Assembly (NCBI GenBank): GCA_034422455.1
Contig: DAOUJQ010000013.1
Coordinates: forward strand, 98,110-162,109
DNA length: 64,000 nucleotides
Source: Dehalococcoidia bacterium
GTDB lineage: Bacteria; Chloroflexota; Dehalococcoidia; Lucifugimonadales; UBA1127
Direction: 5' to 3'
Position 1 is the stretch's first letter; each line of letters starts with the position of its first letter. A program made the position numbers and the translations under genes. A model generated the notes under the pieces. It was not told the origin of the DNA, searched no databases, and saw only the letters and a program-made list of their open reading frames with translations. Positions 18,408 through 28,061 of this stretch are shown in pieces.

Positions 18408-19469
18408 ATGACGACCACAGGACAGCCGGACATCTATCAGGAGCCGGAAAAGAACATTGGTGACGTGGTCCTGGACGTTAAGGACCTGCGTACCTACCTC
18501 TACACGAGGTGGGGCATAACCAAGGCGGTGGACGGCCTGAACTTCCAGGTGCGCCAGGGAGAGACCCTTGGCATCGTGGGAGAGTCCGGCTGCGGCAAGA
18601 GCATGACGGCGCTGACGTTGCTGCGCCTCGCGCCCAAGCCCGCCGCCCGCATCGTCAGCGGTGAGATCTGGCTGGACGGTGAGAACATCCTGGAGCGGCC
18701 GGAAGGCGAAATGCGTTTCGTTCGCGGCCAGAAGATCTCCATGATTCTCCAGGACCCAATGACGTCGCTCAACCCGGTGTTCACCATCGGCAACCAGATG
18801 GTTGAGGCCCTCGGCATGTACTACCAGGAGGAGCAGACCAAGGGCCTCCGCGCCCGCGCGGTCGACATCCTCCGGCGCATGGGCGTGGCCGCTCCTGACC
18901 GCCGGATCCACGACTTTCCCCACCAGATGAGTGGCGGCATGAAGCAGCGCGTGGTGGGCGCCATGGCCATCGCCGGCACGCCCCGCGTGCTGATATGCGA
19001 CGAGCCGACGACTGCCCTCGACGTGACCATTCAGGCCCAGTACCTCCGCCTGCTCAAGCAGGTGCAGGCCGAGTCCGGCGTCTCCATCATCTTCATCACC
19101 CACGACATGGGCGTGGTCGCCAAGATGTGCGACCGGGTTCTTGTGATGTACGCGGGGCGTGTGGTTGAGCAGGGTGAAATTCGCACCCTCTTCAGGAACC
19201 CGTCGCACCCCTACACCAAGGCCCTGATGGCGTCCGTTCCGTCGATGGAAGAGAAGCACGTCGACAAGCTCTACTCCATCGAGGGGCAGCCTCCGGCCCT
19301 CTTCGATCTCCCGGTGGGCTGCCGCTTTGCCAACAGGTGTGAATTCGCCACGGACAAGTGCATTGAAGCGTATCCTCCCTCCTTCGGGAACGAGCAGGGC
19401 CACACTGCGGACTGCTGGCTCCTGGAGAGTGAGGCGCAGTGGTCCAAAGTGGCGGAAGCCGCCGCATAA
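18408..19469 (+). CDS. ABC transporter ATP-binding protein, OppD-like
   Basis: [47 protein letters not shown]. Confidence 0.9.
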   Translation: MTTTGQPDIYQEPEKNIGDVVLDVKDLRTYLYTRWGITKAVDGLNFQVRQGETLGIVGESGCGKSMTALTLLRLAPKPAARIVSGEIWLDGENILERPEGEMRFVRGQKISMILQDPMTSLNPVFTIGNQMVEALGMYYQEEQTKGLRARAVDILRRMGVAAPDRRIHDFPHQMSGGMKQRVVGAMAIAGTPRVLICDEPTTALDVTIQAQYLRLLKQVQAESGVSIIFITHDMGVVAKMCDRVLVMYAGRVVEQGEIRTLFRNPSHPYTKALMASVPSMEEKHVDKLYSIEGQPPALFDLPVGCRFANRCEFATDKCIEAYPPSFGNEQGHTADCWLLESEAQWSKVAEAAA

Positions 19470-19490
19470 CCTGGTTTTTTGGGAGGAATC

Positions 19491-20462
19491 ATGGAACAGG
19501 ACGTCCTGCTCCAGGCAACAGACCTGACCAAGTACTTCCCCGTCACCAAGGGTTTGGTGCTCCAGAAGATCGTCGGTTGGGTGCAGGCGGTCGACCACAT
19601 CAACTTCACCATACCCAGGGGCAAGACCCTTGCCCTGGTGGGCGAGTCCGGCTGCGGGAAGACGACCACCGCCAAGCTCATTCTCAGGCTGGAGCGGCCC
19701 ACAACCGGCCAGATCCAGCTCGAGAACAGCGACGTCCACACGATAGAGGGCGACGAGCTCAAGCAATACCACACCGACGTTCAGGCCGTCTTCCAGGACC
19801 CCTGGAGCTCACTGAGCCCCCGGATGCGTGTCCGGGACATCATTTCAGAGGCCCTGGTGGTGAACCAGAAGGTGCAGAAGCAGGAGGCCTACGACCGCGT
19901 GGACTACCTGCTTACCGCGGTAGGACTCCGAACGCAGCAGGCCACCCTCTACCCGCACGAGTTTAGCGGCGGCCAGAGGCAGCGACTGGCCCTGGCCGCG
20001 GCGCTGGTCGGCAACCCCAAGCTCATCTGCCTGGACGAGCCGGTCTCGGCGCTGGACGTGTCCATTCAGGCCCAGATCATGAACCTCCTGAAGGACCTGC
20101 AGGACACCTTCAACGTTGGCTACCTGCTCGTTGCCCACAACCTCGCCACCGTCCGCTACCTCGCCCACGAGGTCGCGGTGATGTACCTCGGCGAGATCGT
20201 GGAGCAGGCGGAGACCAACGAGCTCTACGACAACACCCTCCACCCGTACACGAAGGCGCTCTTCTCGGCGGCGCTGACGGCCAACCCGGACTCCCAGCGT
20301 GAGGAGATCATCCTCCGCGGCGAGGTTCCCAGCCCCATCAACCCGCCGTCCGGCTGCCGCTTCCACGTCCGCTGCCCGTACGCGATGGACATCTGCTCGG
20401 AGCAGATCCCTGAGCGCAAGGAGATGGCGCCGGGCCACTTCGTCAACTGCCACCTCTACTAG
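19491..20462 (+). CDS. ABC transporter ATP-binding protein, OppF-like
   Basis: GGGAGGAATC directly before ATG 19491. GESGCGKTT, FSGGQRQRL, ICLDEPVSALD, HPYTKAL..GCRFHVRCP. Confidence 0.9.
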   Translation: MEQDVLLQATDLTKYFPVTKGLVLQKIVGWVQAVDHINFTIPRGKTLALVGESGCGKTTTAKLILRLERPTTGQIQLENSDVHTIEGDELKQYHTDVQAVFQDPWSSLSPRMRVRDIISEALVVNQKVQKQEAYDRVDYLLTAVGLRTQQATLYPHEFSGGQRQRLALAAALVGNPKLICLDEPVSALDVSIQAQIMNLLKDLQDTFNVGYLLVAHNLATVRYLAHEVAVMYLGEIVEQAETNELYDNTLHPYTKALFSAALTANPDSQREEIILRGEVPSPINPPSGCRFHVRCPYAMDICSEQIPERKEMAPGHFVNCHLY

Positions 20463-20481
20463 CACAAACACCGTTCGCCGC

Positions 20482-20521
20482 ACGAAGACGTTCCTGTTTG
20501 AACAGGAACGTCTTCGTTTTG
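20482..20521 (+). terminator. intrinsic terminator after the opp operon
   Basis: Perfect 16-bp stem ACGAAGACGTTCCTGT/ACAGGAACGTCTTCGT with loop TTGA, followed by TTT. Confidence 0.75.
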
Positions 20522-20599
20522 ACAGGCGCCGCCCGCCGGGGCTGCATTGCGGGCGGTGGTACAGTAGAATGGAGCCGAGCCGTCGGAGGTTGTCTGGAC

Positions 20600-21733
20600 A
20601 TGCAGCACGTTTTCCATGAGACCGTAAAGGCCCTGGAGGCCGGTGACCCCTGCGTGATGGTCACCGTCATCCAGACGGAGGGCTCCACGCCGCAGAAGCC
20701 CGGCGCCAAGCTCCTTGTGCGCGCTGACGGCAGCGGCGTCGGCACCCTCGGCGGCGGCTGCGTCGAGGGCGACATCTGGTTCGCCGCGAAGATGCTCCTG
20801 CGCGGCGGCGGCCCTGCCGAGGTCCGCGACTACGAGCTCACCGAGGAGATCGCCGCCCGGGACGGCCTCATTTGCGGCGGCACCATGCACTTCCTGCTCG
20901 ACCCCATCCGGGAGCCGCGGGACGTGCTGCCCCGGATGCAGCAGGTCGAGCGCGCCTACGACGGCGACACTGCCATAGGCATAGCGACGCTGGTGGGGGC
21001 GCCGGACGGCTCCCCGCATCCCGTCGGCGGCAAGCTCTACCTGGAGGCCAACGGGTCAACGAAGGGCACCCTGGGCGACCCGGCCCTGGACGCGCAGGCT
21101 GTCGGGCACATCCGCGAGCTGCTGGACTACGGCAAGTGCGAGCACGTCACGACCGCCGAGGGCTACCAGCTCTTCATCGAGACCTACACCATGCCCCCGA
21201 CCCTCGTGGTCATGGGCGGCGGCCACATCTCCAAGGCCCTCACCAACCTTGCCGGGCCGCTGGGCTTCCAGTACTACGTCGTGGACGACCGGCCGGAGTT
21301 CGCCAACCCGGAGCGCTTCCCGGACGCCGTCAACACCATCGTCGCCGAATACGACAAGGGCCTTGAGGGCATCCCCATGAACGCCAACACCGCCGTCGTC
21401 GTCGCCACCCGCGGCCACCGTTATGACGACATGGCGGCCGAGGCTGCCGTGCGCTCCCCCGCGGGCTACGTGGGCATCCTGGGCAGCAAGCGCAAGAACC
21501 TGCTCATCTTCGAGGAACTCTTCCGCAAGGGCATCCCGGAGGAGCGCATCCGCGCCGTCCGCGCGCCCGTCGGTCTGGACCTTGGCGGGCGCACGCCGGA
21601 GGAGATCGCCCTCAGCATCATGTCGGAAATCGTTGCCCTGCGCCACGGCGCCGGCGGCTCCCCGCTGCAGATGGACAACCGCCTCTTTGGCATAGCCCGC
21701 GAGAAGGGCCGGGCCGTTCCCGGCAGGAGCTAG
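20600..21733 (+). CDS. XdhC/CoxI-family molybdoenzyme maturation protein
   Basis: N-terminal XdhC_CoxI pattern (VMVTVIQTEGSTPQKPGAKLLV..GTLGGGCVE) and C-terminal Rossmann domain (LVVMGGGHISKAL). Confidence 0.8.
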   Translation: MQHVFHETVKALEAGDPCVMVTVIQTEGSTPQKPGAKLLVRADGSGVGTLGGGCVEGDIWFAAKMLLRGGGPAEVRDYELTEEIAARDGLICGGTMHFLLDPIREPRDVLPRMQQVERAYDGDTAIGIATLVGAPDGSPHPVGGKLYLEANGSTKGTLGDPALDAQAVGHIRELLDYGKCEHVTTAEGYQLFIETYTMPPTLVVMGGGHISKALTNLAGPLGFQYYVVDDRPEFANPERFPDAVNTIVAEYDKGLEGIPMNANTAVVVATRGHRYDDMAAEAAVRSPAGYVGILGSKRKNLLIFEELFRKGIPEERIRAVRAPVGLDLGGRTPEEIALSIMSEIVALRHGAGGSPLQMDNRLFGIAREKGRAVPGRS

Positions 21734-21735
21734 GC

Positions 21736-22341
21736 GTGCCCGGAATCGCGGCCGTCCTGCTGGCCGCCGGTGAGTCCTCCCGCATGGGCCAACCCAAACC
21801 CCTGCTCCCTTGGGGTGGCCGCCCGCTGCTCCGTTGCCAGGTCGATGCCCTCCTCGAAGCCGGCGCCGCGCCCGTCATCGTCGTGCTGGGCCCAACGACA
21901 CTGGAGGCCGAGTCGCTTCTCACAGGTCTGGAAGGCGTCCAGGCCGTCGTCAACCACCGTGCGCCGGAGGGCAAGACCACCTCGGTCCGCCTCGGCGTCG
22001 AGCACGTCCCCGGCGACGCCGGCGGCCTCCTGCTCCTCGCCGTCGACCAGCCGCGCACGGCGGGGATCCTGCGCGCGGTCATCGACCGCCACGCCATCTC
22101 TGGAGCCCTCATCACCCACCCCGCGTACCGGGGGCGCGGCGGGCACCCCATCATCTTCGACGCCTCCCTTGTTCCGGAACTGCTCGCCGTCACCGAGGAG
22201 CGGCAGGGCATACGGGAGGTCGTAAGCCGCCACAGGGAGGCCTTGCAGCGCGTGGAGATGGACGACCCGATGGTGCGCCTCGACCTCAACACCATGGACG
22301 ACTATCGCGCCGCGCTGGCCTCGTACGCACCGGGCTCGTAG
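21736..22341 (+). CDS. MobA/MocA-like nucleotidyltransferase (molybdenum cofactor cytidylyl/guanylyl-transferase family)
   Basis: AAVLLAAGESSRMGQPKPLLPWGGRPLL N-terminus. GTG start 2 nt after the xdhC-like stop. Confidence 0.7.
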   Translation: MPGIAAVLLAAGESSRMGQPKPLLPWGGRPLLRCQVDALLEAGAAPVIVVLGPTTLEAESLLTGLEGVQAVVNHRAPEGKTTSVRLGVEHVPGDAGGLLLLAVDQPRTAGILRAVIDRHAISGALITHPAYRGRGGHPIIFDASLVPELLAVTEERQGIREVVSRHREALQRVEMDDPMVRLDLNTMDDYRAALASYAPGS

Positions 22342-22457
22342 CCTCGGCGGTTTTGACACCCCTATGGCCCTATACTATGCTGAATTTCGCCTGCGGCATG
22401 CCTTGGACCGCATGCCCGTACAGGAATTCGCATAACAGTCCCCCTGAGGAGAACACA

Positions 22458-23156
22458 GTGCCGGGACGCGTCGGCGTCATACTGGTTGGAGCGGGCGAAA
22501 GCCGCCGCATGGTGGGCATCGACAAGGTGTTCGCCACCCTGCGCGGTCGGCCGGTCCTCGACTACTCCCTCGGCGTCATGGCCTCCGTCCCCGAAGTGGC
22601 CGACGGCGTGATCGTCGTCTCCGGCCACAACGTCGAGCAGGCGCAGTACGTGCTCATGCGCCGCGGCTGGTCCGTGGGCTGGAGCATCTGCACCGGCGGC
22701 GCGCGCCGACAGGACTCCGTGCAGCACGGCCTGGAGCGGATCCCCAACGCCCAATGGGTGGTCATCCACGACGTTGCCCGTCCCTGCGTCGACCGCGCGA
22801 TGGTCTACCGCGGGCTGGAGGCCGCGCGGGAGACGGGCGCCGCCATCGCGGCAGTCCCGGTGACGGACACCATCAAGGTCGTCGACGGCGTCCGCGTCGC
22901 TGAAACGCCCGACCGCTCGCGCCTGTGGGCCGTGCAGACGCCGCAGGTCTTCCGCCGCGACCTGCTGGAGGCAGCATTCGCGGAGATTCGCGACGACGTG
23001 ACGGACGAGGCGACGATGCTGGAGCGCATGGGCCACGCCGTCAACGTCTTCCCCGGCGACTACGGCAACGTGAAGGTCACTACGCCCCAGGACCTGGCCG
23101 TCGCCGAGGCCATCCTCGCGTCGCGCGTCGTGCCGGAGGTGCTGCCATCCGCATAG
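22458..23156 (+). CDS. ispD: 2-C-methyl-D-erythritol 4-phosphate cytidylyltransferase
   Basis: VILVGAGESRRMVGIDKVF, VIHDVARPCV, AAVPVTDTIK, VQTPQVF. GTG 22458 preceded by TGAGGAGAA. The upstream part of track ORF 21810..23156 is an out-of-frame overlap of the previous gene. Confidence 0.9.
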   Translation: MPGRVGVILVGAGESRRMVGIDKVFATLRGRPVLDYSLGVMASVPEVADGVIVVSGHNVEQAQYVLMRRGWSVGWSICTGGARRQDSVQHGLERIPNAQWVVIHDVARPCVDRAMVYRGLEAARETGAAIAAVPVTDTIKVVDGVRVAETPDRSRLWAVQTPQVFRRDLLEAAFAEIRDDVTDEATMLERMGHAVNVFPGDYGNVKVTTPQDLAVAEAILASRVVPEVLPSA

Positions 23157-23623
23157 GCTCTGGCTACGACGTCCACCGCCTCGTCGAGGGTCGTCCCCTG
23201 GTGGTCGGCGGCGTCACCATCCCCCACGACAGGGGCCTCCTCGGCCACAGCGACGGCGACGCCCTCCTCCACGCCGTCATCGATGCGCTGCTCGGGGCCG
23301 CCGGCCTCGGCGACATCGGCGGCCAGTTCCCTTCCAGCGACCCGGCCTACAGGGACGCGGACAGCCGCGAGCTGCTGCGGCGGGTGGCGTCGCTCGTAGC
23401 TGCGTCAGGTTGGAGATTGGTCAACCTGGATGCTACAATCATCGCCGAAAGGCCCGTCATGAAGCCCTACATCGGGCCCATGCAGGACTGCATTGCGGCG
23501 TGCCTGTCCGTCGAGACCGCGCAAGTCAACGTCAAGGCCAAGACCAACGACGGCCTCGGGGCGCTCGGCGGCGGCGAGGGAATCGCCGTCCACGCCGTGG
23601 CCCTGCTCGAGGAAACCCCATGA
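23147..23623 (+). CDS. ispF: 2-C-methyl-D-erythritol 2,4-cyclodiphosphate synthase, apparent ATC start
   Basis: (I)RIGSGYDVHRL..GHSDGDALLHAVIDALLGAAGLGDIG aligns with the canonical MRIGxGxDVH from residue 1. GGAGGT (23135-23140) lies 6 nt before ATC 23147. There is no ATG/GTG/TTG in frame for >200 nt upstream. Confidence 0.8.
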   Translation: MRIGSGYDVHRLVEGRPLVVGGVTIPHDRGLLGHSDGDALLHAVIDALLGAAGLGDIGGQFPSSDPAYRDADSRELLRRVASLVAASGWRLVNLDATIIAERPVMKPYIGPMQDCIAACLSVETAQVNVKAKTNDGLGALGGGEGIAVHAVALLEETP

Positions 23624-24990
23624 AGCTCTACGACTCCCTGACCGGCGAAAAGAAGGACTTTGTGCCCCTGGGCGATACCGTCAAGATGTACGTCTGCGGC
23701 ATCACCCCCTACTCCTCGTCCCACGTCGGCCACGCCATGTGCGCCGTCTACTTCGACACGCTGCGCCGGTACCTCGAGTACTCCGGCCACCAGGTCACGC
23801 ACGTCCAGAACTTCACGGACATCGACGACAAGATCATCGACGCCGCCGCAAAGCAGAAGACGTCGCCGGTCACGCTGGTTGAGGAGATGGTCGAGGAGTA
23901 CCTCATTGACATGGCCACCCTCAACGTCCAGCCCGCGCACATCTACCCGCGCGTCACCGACGAGGTCCCGCGCATCATTGAGATGATCGAGGGCCTCATC
24001 GACAAGGGCTTCGCGTACGAGTCGGAGGGCGACGTCTACTACCGCGTCACCAGCTTCCCCGGCTACGGCAAGCTCAGCCACCGCACGCTCGACGGCATGA
24101 TGGCCGGCGCGCGCATCGAGCCGGGCCTCGGCAAGGACCACGCCATGGACTTCACCCTCTGGAAGCGCGCCAAGGCCGGCGAGCCGTCCTGGTCCAGCCC
24201 CTGGGGCGAGGGCCGCCCCGGCTGGCACATCGAGTGCAGCGCCATGGCCCTCCACTATCTCGGCCCCAACCTGGACATCCACGGCGGCGGGCAGGACCTG
24301 GTCTTCCCCCACCACGAGAACGAGATCGCCCAGACCGAGGCGTTCACCGGCCGGGAGCCCTTCTCCCGGCACTGGGTGCACAACGGCCTGCTGCAGCTCG
24401 ACCAGGACAAGATGAGCAAGTCGCTCGGCAACTTGGTCACCGTCCGGGAGGCCCTGGACAAGTTCGGCTCGGACGCGCTGCGGCTCTTCTTCCTGAACTC
24501 CCACTACCACAGCCCGCTGGCCTACTCTGAGGAAAGCCTGGTCGGGCAGCAGCGCGCCGCCGACCGCCTGCGCACGGCCCTCGGCGTCGCGGGCAGCGGC
24601 GGCGCGGCAGAGGCCGTCGACCCGGAGCCGCACCGCGAGCGCTTCCGCGCCGCCATGGACGACGACCTGAACACGCCCCAGGCCCTCGCGGCCGTCTTCT
24701 CGCTCACCCGCGACATCAACCGCGGCAACGAGGAGGGCAAGGGCATCGCCGCCGCGCAGGAGTGCCTGCGGGAGCTCACGGAGGTCCTCGGCCTGCGGCT
24801 GCTGCCGGACGTGGGTTCCGGCGACCAGCCCGCCCGCCCCTTCGTCGAGCTGCTGGCCGAGGTGCGGCAGGAGCTGCGAGCGTCGAAGCAGTTTGCTCTT
24901 GCCGACCGCATTCGCGACCGCCTCCAGGAGATGGGCGTGACCCTGGAGGACACGGCGGACGGCACAAACTGGCGCTTCACCGGCAACTGA
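23620..24990 (+). CDS. cysS: cysteine--tRNA ligase
   Basis: YVCGITPYSSSHVGHA (HIGH), KMSKSLGN (KMSKS), CWHIEC-like GWHIECSAM. ATGA overlap with ispF. Confidence 0.95.
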   Translation: MKLYDSLTGEKKDFVPLGDTVKMYVCGITPYSSSHVGHAMCAVYFDTLRRYLEYSGHQVTHVQNFTDIDDKIIDAAAKQKTSPVTLVEEMVEEYLIDMATLNVQPAHIYPRVTDEVPRIIEMIEGLIDKGFAYESEGDVYYRVTSFPGYGKLSHRTLDGMMAGARIEPGLGKDHAMDFTLWKRAKAGEPSWSSPWGEGRPGWHIECSAMALHYLGPNLDIHGGGQDLVFPHHENEIAQTEAFTGREPFSRHWVHNGLLQLDQDKMSKSLGNLVTVREALDKFGSDALRLFFLNSHYHSPLAYSEESLVGQQRAADRLRTALGVAGSGGAAEAVDPEPHRERFRAAMDDDLNTPQALAAVFSLTRDINRGNEEGKGIAAAQECLRELTEVLGLRLLPDVGSGDQPARPFVELLAEVRQELRASKQFALADRIRDRLQEMGVTLEDTADGTNWRFTGN

Positions 24991-25024
24991 TGCTTTCTTC
25001 CGCAACGCGCCCGATAGGACTCGC

Positions 25025-26440
25025 ATGATGTCCACCGCGCTTGTCACAGACTTGACCCGCCTGCTTGCGCCGGAGCGCGTGAGCGCCGACCCCGACGAGC
25101 TCTTCCGCGTGTCCGGCGACGCCCTCGCGGCCTACCGCGCCTTCCGCCGCACCGGCGGCGTCGAGGTGCTGCCGGTCGCCCTCGTCTCCCCCACCCGCGT
25201 CGAGGAGGTCGCCGCCGTCGCCGATTTCGCGTCCCGGCGTGGCATCCCCCTCGTCCCGCGCGGCGGCGGCACGGGCGTCATGGGCGGCGCGGTGCCCGTC
25301 GAGGGCGCAATCGTCGTCGAGCTGCGCGGGCTGGACGCCGTCCACGAGATCGACCGGGAGGGCCGCCGCGTCACCGTCGGCGCGGGCGCGATCCTGGAGG
25401 ACGTGGAGGACGCCCTGGCGCCCAACGGCCTGCTCCTCGGCCACGACCCGTGGAGCCGCCCCATCGCAACGGTCGGCGGGGCCATCTCTACCAACGGCAT
25501 GGGCTACCTCGCCGGCAAGTACGGCAGCATGGGCGAGCAGGTGCTCGGCCTGCAGGTGGTGCTCGGCGACGGCAACGTCATCGAGACGCCGGGCGTGCCA
25601 AAGGTCGCCGGGCCGGACGTTGACCACCTCTTCATCGGCGCGGAGGGGGCCATGGGCATCATCACCCGCGCCACGATGCACGCCCATCCCCAGCCGGAGG
25701 CCTGCCGCCGCTGCGCCTACCGCTTCACCAGCTTCATGGCCGGCTTCACCGCCGTGCAGGAGATGCACGCCATCGGCCTGCGCCCGGCGATGGTCGACTT
25801 CGCCGAGGAGTTTTCACGCGAGCCCATCGGCCAGCCGGCCGAGAGCGAGACCACCCTCTACCTTTCGTTCGAGGGCTTCCGCGAAGAGGCCGCAGTCCAG
25901 GCCGACCGAGGCCACCGCATCTGCACCGCCGCCGGGGGCGAGCTGCTGCCGCCGGAGGAGGTGGAGGAGTTCTGGCGCGAGCGGCACTCGTCGGCCGAGC
26001 GCTACAAGCGCGAGGTGCAGCTCTACGGCCACGCGGCCCGCAGGCGCCGCCGCCCGTGGCGCATGGACTACCTGCACGTCGCCGTACCGGCATCGCGGGT
26101 GCCCGAGTACCACGACTACTGCCAACGGCTGCTCGCGCAGCGGGGCATCCCCGTGCGCGAGTGGTCGCTGTGGGGCCGCCCGGAGTACTTCTCGCTGCTC
26201 ATCTCGGACCCGTCGCCGGAGGACCGCCCCAACGCCGCGCTCATGTCGCAGGCCGTCGACGACATCCTGTCGGCGGCGCAGGACATGGGCGGCTCGATGG
26301 AGTATTGCCACGGCGTCGGCCTCAAGCTCACGCACCTCATGCGCCGCGACCGTGGCGACGCGGGCATCGAGGCCCTCCGCCGCGTCAAGCAAGCCCTCGA
26401 CCCGCAGCGCATCCTCAACCCCGGCAACCTGGACCTCTAA
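25025..26440 (+). CDS. FAD-linked oxidase (GlcD / alkyl-DHAP-synthase-like)
   Basis: PCMH-type FAD-binding domain (IPLVPRGGGTGVMGGAVP, GGAISTNGMGY) and C-terminal oxidase domain. Confidence 0.8.
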   Translation: MMSTALVTDLTRLLAPERVSADPDELFRVSGDALAAYRAFRRTGGVEVLPVALVSPTRVEEVAAVADFASRRGIPLVPRGGGTGVMGGAVPVEGAIVVELRGLDAVHEIDREGRRVTVGAGAILEDVEDALAPNGLLLGHDPWSRPIATVGGAISTNGMGYLAGKYGSMGEQVLGLQVVLGDGNVIETPGVPKVAGPDVDHLFIGAEGAMGIITRATMHAHPQPEACRRCAYRFTSFMAGFTAVQEMHAIGLRPAMVDFAEEFSREPIGQPAESETTLYLSFEGFREEAAVQADRGHRICTAAGGELLPPEEVEEFWRERHSSAERYKREVQLYGHAARRRRRPWRMDYLHVAVPASRVPEYHDYCQRLLAQRGIPVREWSLWGRPEYFSLLISDPSPEDRPNAALMSQAVDDILSAAQDMGGSMEYCHGVGLKLTHLMRRDRGDAGIEALRRVKQALDPQRILNPGNLDL

Positions 26441-26625
26441 CCCGACCTCTTCATACCGCCGAATGCCGGTATCCAGAAACCCCGCGCCCAACGACCCCCG
26501 CAATCGCCAGCCCTAGACTCGTCGTTCCTGCGGAGGCAGGAACCCAGAGGGGCGGGGGAGAGAGGGGCCGTTCGCCCTTACCGCGCCCTGAGCTTGCCGA
26601 AGGCGCCCCGTCCCACCCTGCCATC
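26441..26625 (+). repeat. repeat cluster III (R3, short R2, degenerate R1)
   Basis: CATACCGCCGAATGCCGGTATCCAGAAACCCCGCGCCCAAC; GTCGTTCCTGCGGAGGCAGGAACCCAGAGGGGCGGGG; CCGTTCGCCCTT..CCCTGAGCTTGCCGAAGG. Confidence 0.85.
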
Positions 26626-26997
26626 CCCCCCTTGTGCCTGCGCGTGCTCCATCGATACCCTCTCCACATGAAGCCCGCGACAAACCGCCCAAAATCCTTT
26701 CCTGCGGCAACTTCTGCGATCATCCACAGCTATGGAAAACGCCGCAGTCGTCCTGGCCGCTCGAATGCATCGACTCCTATCTACGCATTGCCCCGCCAGA
26801 TAGGGTCATTTCCTCTTTTCAGTTTTTTCTTTCGTTTTCCTATCTGGAATCGGCTCTTCCAGATACGGGTCGTTTACCCAGAACGACCAGGTCTTGCATA
26901 CGAGTCGATTTTGGGTATCTGCCCAGGGCAACAATTGCTGCACATAGAAAGAGGAAGGTCAGGCTTCAAGGAGAACCCCGCACGGCGGCGCTGTGCC

Positions 26998-27810
26998 TTA
27001 ACGCGGGGTGACCCGCACAGGAGCCCCCCGCCCCACGCCCAGCGCCTCCGCCGCGCTCCCGCCGGGTTGGGCGACCTCCAGCGTGTCGTGGCTCCCGACG
27101 AGCGCCACCAGCGGCCGCGCAACGTCGTAGTGGCGGCTGAGGCCCATGACGCGCTGCCCGACGATCTCCACCACGGCGTCGGCAGGGAGCTGGTGCGCGG
27201 GAATGTTGGTCACCAGGTTGCCATAGCCGTCCACGTACACCACCTCGCCTGCCACCGCCCCGTCGCGCTCCACGGGCTGCGGGCCCGGCAGCCGCACGAG
27301 CTCGCTCACCGGCTCGCCCATAGCGGAGGCCGCCACGCCCAGCGAGTAGTGCGCGGCCACCGGCGCGAAGACATCGCGGCCGTGGAAGGTGTTGCTGACC
27401 GTCGCGCGCCAGTACGCCGGGTTGATGAGGTGGTACGCCAATACCCCCGCGGGCAGCGGGGATAGCCCGGTCGTCGGCGTTTCGGGCGCATCGCTGCGCC
27501 AGACGACGCGGCTCAGCAGGCCGTTATCCGGCCCCACGAACGCTCCCGACGCCGTCTCGACCAGCACGGGCCGCCGCTCGCTGCCGACGCCGGGGTCGAC
27601 CACGGCTACGAAGACCGTGCCCTTTGGGAACGCCGAGGCCGCGTTGCCGAGCATGAAGGCCCCGGCGGCCACGTCCTGGCGAGGGACGTCGTGGGTTATG
27701 TCTACAATCGTCGCCGAGGGGTTGACTGTGAGGATGGCGCCCTTGAGCTCACCGGCGTAGGTGTCGCGCAGACCGAAGTCGGTCAGCAGCGCGATCACCG
27801 GCGCGGCCAT
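26998..27810 (-). CDS. SAM hydrolase / SAM-dependent halogenase family protein (DUF62)
   Basis: VIALLTDFGLRDTYAGELKGAIL, IVDITHDVPRQD, VVDPGVGSERRP, FHGRDVFAPVAA. Confidence 0.85.
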   Translation of the reverse strand: MAAPVIALLTDFGLRDTYAGELKGAILTVNPSATIVDITHDVPRQDVAAGAFMLGNAASAFPKGTVFVAVVDPGVGSERRPVLVETASGAFVGPDNGLLSRVVWRSDAPETPTTGLSPLPAGVLAYHLINPAYWRATVSNTFHGRDVFAPVAAHYSLGVAASAMGEPVSELVRLPGPQPVERDGAVAGEVVYVDGYGNLVTNIPAHQLPADAVVEIVGQRVMGLSRHYDVARPLVALVGSHDTLEVAQPGGSAAEALGVGRGAPVRVTPR

Positions 27811-27817
27811 GGCGCCG

Positions 27818-28036
27818 CTACACGGAGAAGCGGGCGCTGAGGATGGCGAGGCCGACGAAGAGGACGATGAGGCCGATGGTGAACCGGAAGAGCAGCAGCT
27901 CGATGCCGCGGCGCACGCGGAACGTGCTCTGCGCCTGCCCGAAGGCGCCGGAGCCCTCGCCCCGCACTTGCATGAGGATCACCGCCACCAACAGGACGGA
28001 CACGAGGATAAGCGTGGCGTTCAGAAACGGTCCCAT
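27818..28036 (-). CDS. secG: preprotein translocase subunit SecG
   Basis: 72 aa with two hydrophobic helices and the loop ILMQVRGEGSGAFG typical of SecG. Confidence 0.75.
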   Translation of the reverse strand: MGPFLNATLILVSVLLVAVILMQVRGEGSGAFGQAQSTFRVRRGIELLLFRFTIGLIVLFVGLAILSARFSV

Positions 28037-28061
28037 GTGTTTGCCTTTCTTGCGCTGCCGG

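Noticed and set aside
21810-23156. 448-aa ORF as a single protein
   Set aside because: Only the last 232 aa match IspD. The upstream part is an out-of-frame overlap of the MocA-like gene. GTG 22458 has its own SD.
23130-23160. Programmed frameshift producing a fused IspDF
   Set aside because: There is no slippery heptamer at the junction. A well-spaced SD precedes the ATC codon, and the IspF homology starts exactly there.
23467-25047. 526-aa minus-strand ORF (and the similar ORFs 18324..19772, 27843..29660 and 32904..34589)
   Set aside because: They are antisense to cysS, oppD, gatB and korA respectively. No motifs. GC-driven open frames.
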